DNA from: an uncultured Actinomycetes bacterium
GTDB taxonomy: Bacteria; Actinomycetota; Actinomycetes; Streptosporangiales; Streptosporangiaceae
NCBI GenBank assembly: GCA_963709075.1
Contig: CAVPUY010000010.1
Location: 117,654 to 181,653, forward strand
Length of the DNA stretch: 64,000 nucleotides
Reading direction: 5' to 3'
The notes under the pieces were generated by a model. The model saw only the letters and a program-made list of their open reading frames with translations. It did not search any database and was not told the origin of the DNA. Positions 19,870 to 31,298 of this stretch are shown in pieces. Positions within the stretch are counted from its first letter, which is position 1, and every line of letters starts with the position of its first letter. A program made the translations under genes and the position numbers.

Positions 19870-22800
19870 TCAGCCTACGCAGCCAGGGCCGAGTAGCTGC
19901 TTGAGGTCGGCGAGCAGCGAGGGAGACGGCTTCACCCGCAGCTTGTCATCTAGCCTGATCACCTTCGTGCGGTTGCCGCTCAGCATCCGCAGGTGCACCT
20001 CGACGTGGCCCGGGTGCGTCCGCAGGACCTCCTTGAAGCGCTCCACCACGGGCGGCACGCACCGGGCCTCCATGATCGACACCAAGAAAGGGCCTTCCTC
20101 CCCGGTGGGCAGCTCGGGCACGCTCACGTCCATCGCGATGAGCTTCGGCTGATCCTCCCGCCGGTCCAGCCGCCCCTTCACCACCACGATCGCGTCCTCG
20201 ATGATCATGGTCAGCGCGGCCTGGTAGGTCGAGGGGAAGAACAGCACCTCGATCGCGCCCTCCAGATCCTCCAGGGTGGCCGCGGCCCACGGGTTGCCCT
20301 GCTTGGTCACCTTCCGCTGCACGCCGGAGAGGATGCCGCCGACGGTGACCAGCTGGCCGTCGCCGCGCTCGCCGCGGGAGCCGCGTTCCGGCTCGTCGAC
20401 AGCCGAGCCCACGAGCTGCGCCACCGAGCAGTCGGTGGCCGCCGCGACGATGTGCTCCAGGCCGAGCAGCGGGTGGTCGGACACGTACAGCCCGAGCATC
20501 TCGCGCTCGAAGCCGAGCAGCGCGGGCTTGTCCCACTCGCCGTCCGGCACCGGCACGTCGAAGGTCGCCGCGGTCTCGGTGTCCTCGCCGAACAGCGAGT
20601 CCTGGCCGATGGCCTCGTTGCGCTTGACGTCGATGACGGTGTCGATGGCCTGCTCGTGGATCAGCACCAGGCCCTTGCGCGGGCTGCCGAAGGAGTCGAA
20701 GGCGCCGGCCTTGATCAGGGACTCGATCACCCGCTTGTTGCAGACGTTGACCGGCACCTTGCGGAGGAACTCAGCGAAGCTGGTGAAGGCGCCCTTGGAC
20801 GTGCGCGCGGCCACGATGGCATCCACCACGGAGGTTCCGACGTTCCGCACCGCGGCCATGCCGAACCTGATGTCCTCGCCGACCGGGGTGAACATGGCCG
20901 TGGACGCGTTGACGTCCGGCGGCAGCACCTTGATGCCCATCCGCCTGCACTCGTTCAGGTACAGGGCGGACTTGTCCTTGTCGCCGGCCACCGAGGTCAG
21001 CAGGCCCGCCATGTACTCGGCCGGGAAGTTGGCCTTCAGGTAGGCGGTCCAGTACGAGATCAGCGCGTAGCCGGCCGCATGCGCCTTGTTGAAGGCGTAG
21101 CCGGAGAACGGGACCAGGGTGTCCCAGATGGTCTTGATCGCGTCGTCGGAGTAGCCGTTGTCGCGCATCCCAGCCGAGAACGACTCGTACTCGCGGTCCA
21201 GGATCTCCTTCTTCTTCTTGCCCATGGCCCAGCGGAGCAGGTCCGCCTTGCCCGGCGTGTAGCCGGCCAGCGCGATGGCCGTGGCCATCACGTGCTCCTG
21301 GTAGACCATCAGCCCGTAGGTGTCGCCGAGGATGTCCTCAAGCGGCGCGGCCAGCTCCGGGTGGATCGGGATCACCGGCTTCCGGCCGGTCTTGCGGTCC
21401 GCGTAGACCGGCGCGCTGGCCATCGGGCCTGGCCGGTACAGGGCGATGACCGCCGCGATGTCACCGAACTTGTCGGCCCGCATCGCCCGCAGCAGGGCCC
21501 GCATCGGGCCGCCGTCGAGCTGGAACACGCCAAGGGTGTCACCGCGGGCCAGCAGCTCGTAGGTGGGCTTGTCGTCCAGCGCCAGCGTGTCCAGGTCGAC
21601 CTGCAGGCCGCGGTTGGCGGCGATGCCGGCCACCGCGTCCTCCAGCACGGTGAGGTTCCGGAGGCCGAGGAAGTCCATCTTGAGCAGGCCGATGTCTTCG
21701 CAGGCCGGATAGTCGAACTGGGTGATGATCGCGCCGTCGGCCTCGCGCTTCCACACCGGGATGTGGTCGAGCAGCGGCTCGCTGCTCATGATCACCCCGG
21801 CCGCGTGCACGCCGGGCTGGCGGATCAGCCCCTCAAGCCCGCGGGCGGTGTCGATGACCTGGCGGACTTCGGCCTCGGCCTCGTACAGCGCACGGAGCTC
21901 GCCGGCCTCGCCGTGCCGCGGGTGGTCGGCATCGAAGATCCCGGACAGCGGGATGTCCTTGCCCATCACGGCGGGCGGGAATGCCTTGGTGATCCGGTCG
22001 CCGAGCGCGTACGGGAAGCCGAGCACCCGCGCCGAGTCCTTGACCGCGGCCTTGGCCTTGATGGTGCCGTAGGTGATGATCTGCGCGACCCGGTCGTCGC
22101 CGTACCGCTCGGTGACGTACCGGATGACGTCACCGCGCCTGCGCTCGTCGAAGTCGATGTCGAAGTCCGGCATCGTCACGCGATCGAGGTTAAGGAACCG
22201 CTCGAACACCAGGCCGTGGTAGATCGGGTCCAGGTCGGTGATGCCGAGCGAGTACGCCACGATCGAGCCCGCTCCGGAGCCGCGGCCCGGCCCGACCCTG
22301 ATGCCATTCCGCTTGGCCCACATGATGAAGTCGGCGACGACCAGGAAGTAGGCGCAGAACCCCATCTGCTCGATGACGCCGATCTCGTACTCGGCCTGCT
22401 TGCGCCGCTGCTCGTCGAAACCGTCCGGATAGCGCCGGTCCATCCCGGCCCAGACTTCCTTGCGCAGCCAGCTCTGCTCGGTCTCGCCGTCGGGCAGCGG
22501 GAACAGGGGCATCAGGTTGGACTTGGTGAAGGTGACGTCGGCCCGCTCCGCGATCAGCAGCGTCGATGTCGCAGCCGGCCTGCCACTCCTCCGCCGTGCT
22601 GACCGCCCGCATCTCCGCCGGGCTCTTCACGTAGTAGCCGGTGCCCTCGAACTTGAACCGGCCCGGGTCGGCCAGGTTGGTCCCGGTCTGCACGCAGAGC
22701 AGGACCTCGTGCGAGCGCGCGTCCTCGGGCCTGGTGTAGTGCGAGTCGTTGGTCACCACGTAGGGCAGCGAGAGCTGGCCGGCGATCCGGATCAGGCCTT

Positions 22801-23437
22801 CCCTGGTGCGCTGCTCGACGCCAAGCCCGTGGTCCATGATCTCGACGAAGAAGTTGTCCGGCCCGAAGATGTCGCGGTAGCTGGCGGCGGCCTCGACGGC
22901 CTGTTCGTACTGCCCGAGCCGGAGCCTGGTCTGCACCTCGCCGCCGGGGCAGCCGGTGGTCGCGATGATCCCCTTGGCGTACTGGGCAAGCAGCTCCCGG
23001 TCCATCCGCGGCTTGCGGAAGTAACCCTCGAGGGAGGCCAGCGAGGACAGCCGGAAAAGGTTATGCATGCCCTCGGTGGTCTCGGCCAGCAGCGTCATGT
23101 GCGTGTACGCGCCGGCGCCGGAGACGTCGTCGTCCTTCTGGCCCGGGTCGCCCCACCGGACCGGCTGCTTGAGGCCGCGGTGGTCGGGCGCGACGTACGC
23201 CTCGGTGCCGATGATCGGCTTGATGCCCGCGGCGTTGGCCTTCGACCAGAAGTCGTAGGCGCCGTAGATATTGCCGTGGTCGGTCATGGCGATCGCCGGC
23301 ATGCCGGTGCGCTGGCACTCGGCGAACAGGTCCTTCAGCCGCGCCGCGCCGTCCAGCATCGAGTACTCGGTGTGCACGTGCAGATGCACGAACTCCTCGC
23401 CGCCAGCGGCCGGACGTCCGGACGGGCCTGCCGCCAT
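19870..23437 (-). pseudogene. dnaE: DNA polymerase III alpha subunit (DnaE1), single 1-nt insertion at 22561
   Basis: PHP N-terminus FVHLHVHTEYSMLDGAARL in ORF 22190..23437. The remainder is in ORF 19870..22512 (PDFDIDF, GVHAAGVIM, KMDFLGLRNL). The junction reads ...EEWQAGCDID|LLIAERADVTFTKSNLMPLFPLP once one base is removed. Confidence 0.95.
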
Positions 23438-23718
23438 GAAGTACCGCCTCCTTCAGGCATGCTGCCGTCCGCCCTGCCGCGCTGACCAGCCAGAACGGCT
23501 GCCGCGCGGTGCGGGCACGCTCATCTACGGACCCCGGGGGAAGCGACCGGCCGCTGCGCCCGCAGGGCCACCAGTGAGCCGGGCCTTGCGGCCGGCAGCC
23601 GCGCCGGTCCGGTTCCTCCGACCCTATCGCCCGGAGCCGATCCGGCGTCGGCAGCCGCGCCGGCCCTGTCCGTCCGGCCGGAGCTTTTCATGATCGCGGG
23701 GGACCCGACGAGACGCGC

Positions 23719-24651
23719 TCAGCTCTCGGCGCGGAGCACGGCCAGGGCACGGGCCAGGTCGGCCGGGTAGTCGCTGGCGAACTCCAGCGCGCGGCCGCTC
23801 ACCGGGTGCGCGAACCCGAGCCGGACGGCGTGCAGCCACTGCCTGGTGAGGCCGAGCCGGGCAGCGAGCACGGGATCCGCGCCGTACAGCCGGTCACCTG
23901 CGCACGGATGCCTGATCGCGGTCATGTGCACCCGGATCTGGTGAGTCCGGCCGGTCTCCAGGATGACCTCGACGAGGCTGGCTGCCCGGAACGCCTCCAG
24001 CGTGTCGTAGTGCGTGACCGATGGCCTGCCGCCGGCGACGACGGCGAACCTGCCGTCGCCGGATGGGTGCCTGCCGATCGGCGCGTCCACGGTCCCGCGG
24101 AGCGGATCGGGATGACCCTGCACCAGAGCGTGGTAGCGCTTGTCCACCTCACGTTCCCTGAAGGCGCGCTTCAGCCCGCTGTACGCAGGCTCGCTCTTGG
24201 CCAGCACCATCAGCCCTGAGGTGTTCGCGTCCAGCCGGTGCACGATGCCCTGCCGCTCGGCGGCCCCGCTGGTGGCCAGCAAGTGGCCGGCCGCGAGGGC
24301 TCCCTGCAGCACCGTCGGCCCGGTCCAGCCAGGGCTCGGATGCGCTGCGACGCCTGGTGGCTTGTCCACCACCAGGATGTCGGCATCCTCGTAGGTCACC
24401 GTGAGGCCCGGGACCGGTTCCGGCTGCGGCGCCGCGATCACCGGCGGCGGCAGCGTCACGTCCAGCCAGTCGCCGGCCGCGACGCGATCCGACTTCGCCG
24501 CCGCCGCGCCCGCGACGAGAACGCTGCCGGCTGCGATCAGCTCGGCCGCCCTCGCCCTGGACAAGCCGAACATCCGCGCGAGCGCGGCGTCGAGGCGCTC
24601 ACCGTCCAGCCCCTCCGGGACCGGCACCTGGCGCTGGCCCGGCTGAGTCAT
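23719..24651 (-). CDS. rluD: RluA-family 23S rRNA pseudouridine synthase (RluD-like)
   Basis: Intact 310 aa with an S4-like N-terminus and the catalytic motif [16 protein letters not shown] 4-nt overlap with lspA. Confidence 0.9.
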   Translation of the reverse strand: MTQPGQRQVPVPEGLDGERLDAALARMFGLSRARAAELIAAGSVLVAGAAAAKSDRVAAGDWLDVTLPPPVIAAPQPEPVPGLTVTYEDADILVVDKPPGVAAHPSPGWTGPTVLQGALAAGHLLATSGAAERQGIVHRLDANTSGLMVLAKSEPAYSGLKRAFREREVDKRYHALVQGHPDPLRGTVDAPIGRHPSGDGRFAVVAGGRPSVTHYDTLEAFRAASLVEVILETGRTHQIRVHMTAIRHPCAGDRLYGADPVLAARLGLTRQWLHAVRLGFAHPVSGRALEFASDYPADLARALAVLRAES

Positions 24652-25388
24652 CCGCTGCCATCAGGCGCGCTGTCATCCGGCGCCGCGCCGCCCGGCGGGC
24701 CGCCGCCGCCCGGCGGGCCGCCGCCGCCCGGCGGGCCGCCGCCGCCCGGCGGGCCGCCGCCGCCCGGCGGGCCGCCGCCGCCCGGCGGGCCGCCGCCGTC
24801 TGGCGCGGCGGCTGCCTCGCGGCCAGCCGCCCGCCGGGCCAGCCGCTCCTGCCCGGTCCCATCGATCCGGATGCCGCGCCCGGCCAGCAGGACGGCGAGA
24901 ATGCCGCCGCAGACGATCGACGAATCGGCCACGTTGAACACCGGCCAGTGCGGCAGCTGGATCCAGTCGACGACGTAGCCGCGCAGCGGCCCGGGATACC
25001 GCAGCAGCCGGTCCACCAGGTTTCCGGTGGCGCCACCGAGCAGCAGGCCAAGCGTGACCGCCCAGGGCACGCTGCGGATCCGGCGCGACGTGCGCAGGAT
25101 ATAGACGATTACGCCGACCGCGATGGCGGAGAAGACCAGCGTCATTGAGGTCCCGATGCTGAACGCGGCGCCGGGATTGCGGTCGACCCGGAGGGTCAGC
25201 AGCCCGTCGAGCAGCCTGACCGGCGGCCTGGTGGACAACGTCGCGACCACGATCACCTTCGTGACGATGTCGACGATAAGCACGAGGACGGCGACGGCGA
25301 GCAGCACCCCGACCCGGCGCGGCGGCTGGCGCGAAGCGGCCGCCGCCCCGGTCAGCGGCGTTCCTCGCGCTGCTTGCATGCCACGCAC
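24648..25388 (-). CDS. lspA: Lipoprotein signal peptidase II with a (GGGGPP)6 C-terminal extension
   Basis: Contains [18 protein letters not shown] and VFNVADSSI. The start may be Met4 (25379), because 25388 overlaps the upstream gene by 37 nt. Confidence 0.85.
   Translation of the reverse strand: MRGMQAARGTPLTGAAAASRQPPRRVGVLLAVAVLVLIVDIVTKVIVVATLSTRPPVRLLDGLLTLRVDRNPGAAFSIGTSMTLVFSAIAVGVIVYILRTSRRIRSVPWAVTLGLLLGGATGNLVDRLLRYPGPLRGYVVDWIQLPHWPVFNVADSSIVCGGILAVLLAGRGIRIDGTGQERLARRAAGREAAAAPDGGGPPGGGGPPGGGGPPGGGGPPGGGGPPGGGGPPGGAAPDDSAPDGSG
24691..24798. repeat. Six perfect 18-bp tandem units (cccggcgggccgccgccg) in the lspA 3' end
   Basis: Units start at 24691, 24709, 24727, 24745, 24763 and 24781. 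All are identical. Confidence 0.95.
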
Positions 25389-25771
25389 AGGACCGCCCGC
25401 GGAAATGCCTGCAGCCGCGCCTTGCCGATCGGCTCGCCGCAGGACTCGCAGGTGCCGTAGGTGCCCTCATCGATCCTGGCCAGCGCGCGCTCGCTTTGCG
25501 CGAGCAGCTCCCGGGAACGGTGGGTGAGGGCGAGTTCCTGCTCCCGCTCGAAGGTCTTCGCGCCGGCGTCGGCCTGGTCATCGCCCGCGTCGCCGACCGC
25601 GTCGCCGAGCCGGTCGGCGATCTCTGACTCCGCCTTGTCGATCTCCGCGCGCAGTTCGGCGACCTCGGCCTTGAGCGCGTCACGCACCTTGGCCAGCTCC
25701 GCCTCGGTCCAGCGCCGTTCCCCTTGCCGCACAGGGAGTGCGGCGGCACCCGAATGCGCAGTGGCCGCCAT
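25352..25771 (-). CDS. TraR/DksA-family C4 zinc-finger protein
   Basis: Start at Met31 of ORF 25352..25861 (GAGGAGG upstream). Coiled-coil N-terminus and the motif [25 protein letters not shown]. Confidence 0.8.
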   Translation of the reverse strand: MAATAHSGAAALPVRQGERRWTEAELAKVRDALKAEVAELRAEIDKAESEIADRLGDAVGDAGDDQADAGAKTFEREQELALTHRSRELLAQSERALARIDEGTYGTCESCGEPIGKARLQAFPRAVLCVACKQREERR

Positions 25772-25920
25772 TTCCCGCCTCCTCGGACCCCGCTCTTTAA
25801 TGATCTTGCTATGCGGGCAGTCACCGGAGGATAAGTGGTGACCGGGGCGGACCGCAAACACGCGGGCTGCGCTGTCAGCGAAGCGCGGGCGGCCAATCCG
25901 CTATCCTGAGATCCTGCACG

Positions 25921-26260
25921 GCGCTGATGGGGACAGCTGCCGCTGTGCGCCAGGAGTGACCCGGGTCAGGCGTGATCCCGGGGCCGGCGCGCAGCGGACC
26001 AGATCACCCCGGAGCCGCCGGAAGAACGGCACCCGCCGCACGCGGGCAGGGTCCGGCGCGGCACGATGCCGGCCGGGATCGTCGCCAAGTAGAACCGGCA
26101 GCAGGAGCCCATGAGAGGGCCGCAGCAGCCGGGCCCGCAGGCCCGGGATCTCGGCCAAGGAGGGTGGTACCGCGGGGCCGCCGCCGGCGCGCCTCGTCCC
26201 TCCGCGAACTGCCGTGCCAGCGGACCAGGTCCCGCTCGCGCGCCGAGCCGCGGGAGGCCG
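25921..26260 (+). promoter_or_regulatory. T-box leader (Ile-tRNA sensing) of ileS, translational SD-sequestering type
   Basis: Canonical T-box sequence GGGTGGTACCGCG at 26162-26174. GGAGGG (26159-26164) can pair with CCCTCC (26198-26203), giving the antisequestrator. CCTCCGCG (26199-26206) can alternatively pair with CGCGGGAGG (26249-26257), which contains the ileS SD. A candidate specifier ATC followed by a purine is at 26003-26006. The 5' boundary is not determined. Confidence 0.7.
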
Positions 26261-26268
26261 CCCGAGCC

Positions 26269-29200
26269 ATGACGACCGAAGACAGCACGCGGTATTTTCC
26301 CGCGCTTCCCGCAGTCGCCGACCTGCCGGCCATCGAGCATGCGGTGCTGGCCAGATGGCAGGCCGGGAACGTCTTTCAGCGCTCGCTTGAGCAGACCGCC
26401 GACGGGCCGCTGTGGACCTTCTACGAGGGCCCGCCGACGGCGAACGGCATGCCGGGCGTGCATCACGTCGAGGCCCGGGTATTCAAGGATGCCTTTCCCC
26501 GGTTCAAGACCATGCAGGGCTTTCACGTCCCGCGCCGGGCAGGCTGGGACTGCCACGGCCTGCCGGTCGAGGTGGCGGTCGAGAAGGAACTCGGCCTGGC
26601 CAGCAAGAAGGACATCGAGGCATACGGCATTGCCGAGTTCAACGAGCGGTGCCGCGAATCGGTCCTGCGGCATGTCGACGCGTTCGAGGCGATGACCGAG
26701 CGGATGGGCTACTGGGTGGATACCTCCCACGCCTACCGGACGATGGATGCCTCCTACATCGAGTCGGTCTGGTGGTCGCTCAAGATCATTTTCGACAAGG
26801 GACTGCTGGTCAGGGACTTCCGGATCAGCCCGTACTGCCCCAGGTGCGGGACCCCGCTTTCTGACCATGAGCTCGGCCAGCCGGATGTGTACCAGCTCGT
26901 CACCGACCCGTCAGTGACGGTCCGGTTCCCGCTGCTGACCCTGCCGGACAGGTGCCAGCCCGCAGCTCCAGGGCGCGGACCTGCTGGTCTGGACGACCAC
27001 GCCGTGGACGCTGGTCTCCAACACCGCCGTCGCCGTGCACCCGGATGAGACGTACGTGGTCGCCAGGAAGTCCGCTGACAGTGACCGCGTGGTGGTCGCG
27101 GAGGCGCTGGCCCGCCGCGTGCTCGGAGATGGCTGGCACATCGCCGCCCGGGTCAGCGGAGCGGAGCTTGCCGGATCGACCTACCAGCCTCCGTTCAGCC
27201 TCGTCGAGATCCCGGACGCGCACCGGGTGGTGACCGGAACCTTCGTCACCACCGAGGACGGAACCGGGCTCGTGCACCTCGCCCCGGCCTTCGGCGCGGA
27301 CGACATGGAGACGGGCCGGCTGCACGGGCTGCCCGTTGTCAACCCGGTCCGGCCGGACGGCAGGTTCGACGACAGCGTGCCGCTGGTCGGCGGGATGTTC
27401 TTCAAGGACGCCGACGCGCCGCTGGCCGCCGATCTCGCCGACCGCGGCCTGCTGTTCCGGTCCGAGCCACATGAGCACAGCTACCCGCACTGCTGGCGGT
27501 GCAGCACTCCGCTGCTCTACTACGCGCAGCCGTCCTGGTATATCCGCACTACGGCCATCAAGGATCAGCTGCTGGCGGAGAACGAGAAGACAAACTGGCA
27601 GCCGCCGACCATCAAGCATGGCCGTTACGGGGAATGGCTGCGCAATAACGTCGACTGGGCGATGTCGCGCACCAGGTACTGGGGCACCCCGCTGCCGCTG
27701 TGGCTGTGCGACGACGAGCACGTAACCTGCGCCGGATCGCTGGCGGAGCTGTCCGCGCTGGCCGGCCGGGATCTTGCCGGGCTCGACCCGCACCGGCCGT
27801 TCGTGGACGACGTGGTGATCGCCTGCCCGAAATGCGGCGGCGAGGCGCGCCGGGTGCCGGAGGTCATCGATACCTGGTATGACTCGGGGTCAATGCCGTT
27901 TGCCCAGCTCGGCGCCCCGCTGCGGAACGAGGCTGAGTTCGGGGCTGCCTACCCGGCCCAGTTCATCTGCGAGGCGATCGACCAGACAAGGGGCTGGTTC
28001 TACTCGCTGATGGCGGTCGGCACGCTGGTCTTCGGCCGGTCCGCCTACCAGAACGTGCTGTGCCTCGGCCTGCTCGCCGACGATCGCGGCCGCAAGATGA
28101 GCAAGCACCTCGGCAACGTCCTCGAGCCCATCCCGCTGATGGATGCCCACGGGGCCGACGCCCTGCGCTGGTTCTTCCTGGCCAGCGGATCGCCGTGGGC
28201 GCACGCGCAAGATCGGGCCGGGGGTGCTCGACGGAGATCGTCCGCAAGGTCCTGCTGACCTACTGGAACACCACATCGTTCCTCGTGCTGTACGCGAATG
28301 CCGCCGCCGCACAGGGGAATGCCTGGCATCCGAAACGGGAACTCGATGCGCCGGTCTTCGCCGACCGCCCGGTGCTCGACCGGTGGGTGCTCGGCGAGCT
28401 GCACGCGCTGGTCCGCGACGTCACGGCAGACATGGAGGCGTTCGACTCCGCGGCTGCGGGGCGCCGGATCGCGGCGTTCATCGACGACGTGTCCAACTGG
28501 TACGTGCGCCGGTCCAGGCGCCGCTTCTGGGAGGGACCGGGCACTCCCGGCGGGTCGGCGGCCTTCGCCACGCTGTACGAGTGCGTGGAAACGCTGACCC
28601 GGCTGATGGCGCCGTTTGTCCCGTTCCTGACCGACTACGTGTGGGACGTGCTGCGCCCGGCCGGCGCCCCGGACTCGGTGCACCTGGCCGCGTGGCCCGC
28701 CGCCGATCCGGGCGCATCGACGACCACCTGTCCGCGCAGATGGCGCTGGCCCGGCGGCTGGTCGAGCTGGGCCGCTCGGCCCGCGCATCGGCCGTGCTGC
28801 GGCTGCGCCAGCCGCTGGCGCGGGCGCTGGTCAGCGCGGCCGGCTTCGGCAGCCTGCCTGCCGAGCTGCGCGCCCAGATCGCCGACGAGCTCAACGTCCG
28901 TGCGCTGGACACGCTGGCCAGCGTCGGCGAGGAACTGGTGGACATCACGGTCAAGCCGAACTTCCGCTCGCTCGGCCGGCGGTTCGGCCGACGCGACCCC
29001 GGCCGTGGCCGCCGCGATCGAGGCCGCCGACGCCGCCGGGCTGGCCGCCATGCTCCGCTCGGCCGGGTCGGCGCCGGTCCTGGCCGGCGGCGAGCAGGTG
29101 AACGCTGGAGCCGGACGACGTCATCGTCACCCAGACACCCAGGTCCGGCTGGGCCGTTGCCGTCGGCGAAGGCGGCGAGACGGTGGCGCTGGAGGTCACC

Positions 29201-29528
29201 ATCACGCCCGAGCTTCGCCGCGAGGGACTGGCCCGCGAGGTCAGTGCGCCTGGTGCAGGACGCCCGCAAGAGCGATGGCCTGGACGTCAGCGACCGGATC
29301 TCGCTGCAGTGGAGCGCCGCGGACCCGGAACTCGCCGCGGCGCTTACCGAGCACGCGCCGATGATCAGCAGCGAGGTACTGGCTGACCGTTACGGCGAGC
29401 GTCCGGCCGGCGGGCCTGACCCGGCCGCTCGCGAGCACTCCGATACAGCGCTGGGCCTGGCCATCTGGCTCGGCCGCATGTCCGCTGTCCGCGGCCACCC
29501 GGTCGTCCCGCGTGCTCCGGCCGGGTAG
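26269..29528 (+). pseudogene. ileS: Isoleucyl-tRNA synthetase, at least seven frame breaks (26950, 28202, 28233, ~28715, ~28989, 29104, 29243)
   Basis: ATG 26269 (residue 100 of ORF 25972..27048). HIGH-type motif PPTANGMPGVHH and KMSKS-type motif GRKMSKHLGN. Also WTTTPWTL, HCWRC and a zinc-binding CPKCGG. The conserved sequence can be followed through ORFs 25972.., 27035.., 28143.., 28060.., 29183.. and back to 28143..29528. Confidence 0.95.
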
Positions 29529-29659
29529 CGAGCTAGGCGGGCCGGTGAGGCGTCCTGCCCGGGCTGCTCGCCCCGCCGCGCGGCGGCCGCTCCCGGTGGA
29601 CAGCGTCAGCGGTTCGGTTCTTGCCCGTCCCGCGTACGAAACCTGGACCGCTGGCGGGC

Positions 29660-31259
29660 TTATGCGCTAGGCCCGGCGGGAGTCTTGTCGGGCTGGCAGG
29701 CCTTGCAGGGCACGCAGTCGGCGGCCTCGGCGGCTTCCCTCGTCATGCGCTCGAGATCTTCGTCGCTCAGGAACCGGATGAGGATGCAGTCATCGCGGTG
29801 GTACCTGGTGATCCCCGGAACCACGGTGACCTCAGGCTCGCCCCGGCCGGGCTGGCAGCGCCGGCTGGCGCCGGGTCGTCGGCCGGCTCCGCGCTGGCCC
29901 TGGCGGTTTCCTTTCCGCCCGGACCTGGCCCGGCCCGTCCGGCCGGCCCGGACGGCGTACGGCCGGCAGGCCCGCAGCGCCCGCGGTCTCTGCTTTTTCG
30001 TCAGGCGCAGAAGGCACGGCTGGCGCGTCTGACCCGGTTGCCGCGGGGGGCGGGGCCGCCCGGGCCGGAGGTGTCGACGGCACGGGAGGCGGCACGGCGC
30101 CCGCGGGCGAGGCAGACGGCGCAGGCGGAGCTGACGGTGAGCTGGTGCTGACAGGCCTGGAGTTACGGATGGCGCCGGTGTGGTCGCGGCGCCGGGGCGC
30201 TGGACCGGCGAAGCGGGCGGGGCCGGCGGCGTCGACGCGGCCGGGCGCGCGGGCGGGCGGACTCTGCTGACCCGGCCGGCGCCGGGCGGGCGGACTCCGC
30301 TGACCCGGCCGGCGCCGGGCGGGCGGACTCCGCTGACGCGGCCGGTGCCGCGCGGCGACGAAGGCGCGGACGCCGCACCCGGGCGCTGGACCGGCGAAGC
30401 GGGCGGGCGTCCGGCGGCGTCGACCCGGCCGGCGCCGGGCGGGCGGACTCCGCTGACCCGGCCGGCGCCGCCGGCCGGGCAGTCGATGGCGGGGCGACTG
30501 GCGCTGCCCGCGCGATCAGACCGGATCCTGCCGACGCTGATGCTGCCGGGGCTGGCGTCTCAGGGCCGCTTCCGGCGGACCGCGGCTGGGCCTGCCCTCC
30601 GGGGGCTGTCTTGTCCCTGTCAGTTGCGGTGCCCTGGGCTGCCGTCCCGGCCTTGGCTGACGCCGTCTGCGCCGGGGCGGCGTCCTCGACCGGCGCCAGC
30701 GCCTTGTCCCCGGCTGTTCCCTGGCCGGCCGGCAACTGCCTTGTCCAAGCGCAGCCGCGGCGGCCGCGGCGGAGACCTTATCGGCCGGCTGAGTCTCCTG
30801 CTGACGCCTGGTCCGGGGCCAGGACCTTGTCCCCGGCCGGAACCTGGTCCGGGGACGGACGCCTTATCCCCGGCGGCTACTCCCTCTGGGGCTGGCGCCT
30901 TGGCCGGGGCTGGCGCCTTGTCGGGGGTCGGCGCCTTGGCCGGGGCGGAGACCCGATCCCGGGCCGGAGACCTTGTCCCGGGCTGGCGGCTGGGCTGCCG
31001 CCGGCGCCTTACCTGCTGCTGCCGCCTTGGGCGCCGGTGCAACTTGCTGCGCGGCTGCGGCGGCGGATGCGCTGGCAGCTGCGGGTTTGCCGAATATCTC
31101 CTCGCGCCAGATCACGACCCCGATGACCAGCAGCACGGCCGCCAGGGCGCTGACGCCGATAGCCAGGTAGACAAGCAGCAGGCTGCTAGTGAATATCCCG
31201 CCGACGAGCAGCCCGATCGCCACCACGACCACCGCGAGGACTACGCCGAAGCGGATCAC
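29660..31259 (-). pseudogene. Putative single gene: two-TM N-terminal anchor, ~450 codons of repetitive Ala/Pro/Gly/Asp-Lys low-complexity sequence, and a C-terminal His/Cys4 module; the frame cannot be followed without several shifts
   Basis: N-terminus in ORF 30864..31259: MIRFGVVLAVVVVAIGLLVGGIFTSSLLLVYLAIGVSALAAVLLVIGVVIWREEIFGK. The low-complexity sequence continues through ORFs 30620..31042, 30163..30735 and 29832..30095. The final 57 codons, which I translated myself, end at TAA 29660-29662: EPEVTVVPGITRYHRDDCILIRFLSDEDLERMTREAAEAADCVPCKACQPDKTPAGPSA. The whole tract lies between the divIVA stop and the convergent ileS stop. Confidence 0.4.
30251..30349. repeat. Three 33-bp tandem units (gggcgggcggactc[ct]gctgac[cg]cggccgg[ct]gcc), with a fourth dispersed copy at 30437-30469
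   Basis: Units at 30251-30283, 30284-30316 and 30317-30349. They encode SAESARPAPAG on the minus strand. Confidence 0.9.
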
Positions 31260-31298
31260 GGGCGGGCTCCATCGGCAAAGCTGGCCTTATCCGTCCGA

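Noticed and set aside
19993-22602. 869-aa plus-strand ORF antisense to dnaE. Similar giants occur elsewhere: 59204..61840 (+) antisense to nusB/efp/pepP, 458..2212 (+), 4190..6124 (+), 30180..32252 (+), 53448..54923 (-) and 54539..55915 (-).
   Set aside because: These are shadow ORFs typical of very GC-rich DNA. Their products are Arg/Gly/Pro/His-rich with no recognisable motifs. Each lies opposite a gene with unambiguous conserved motifs.
24691-24798. CRISPR-like array. The same idea applies to the other tandem repeats at 30251-30349, 50041-50085 and 59541-59622.
   Set aside because: The units abut directly with no spacers, and unit lengths are 15-33 bp. Most are in frame inside coding sequence. 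No cas genes are present.
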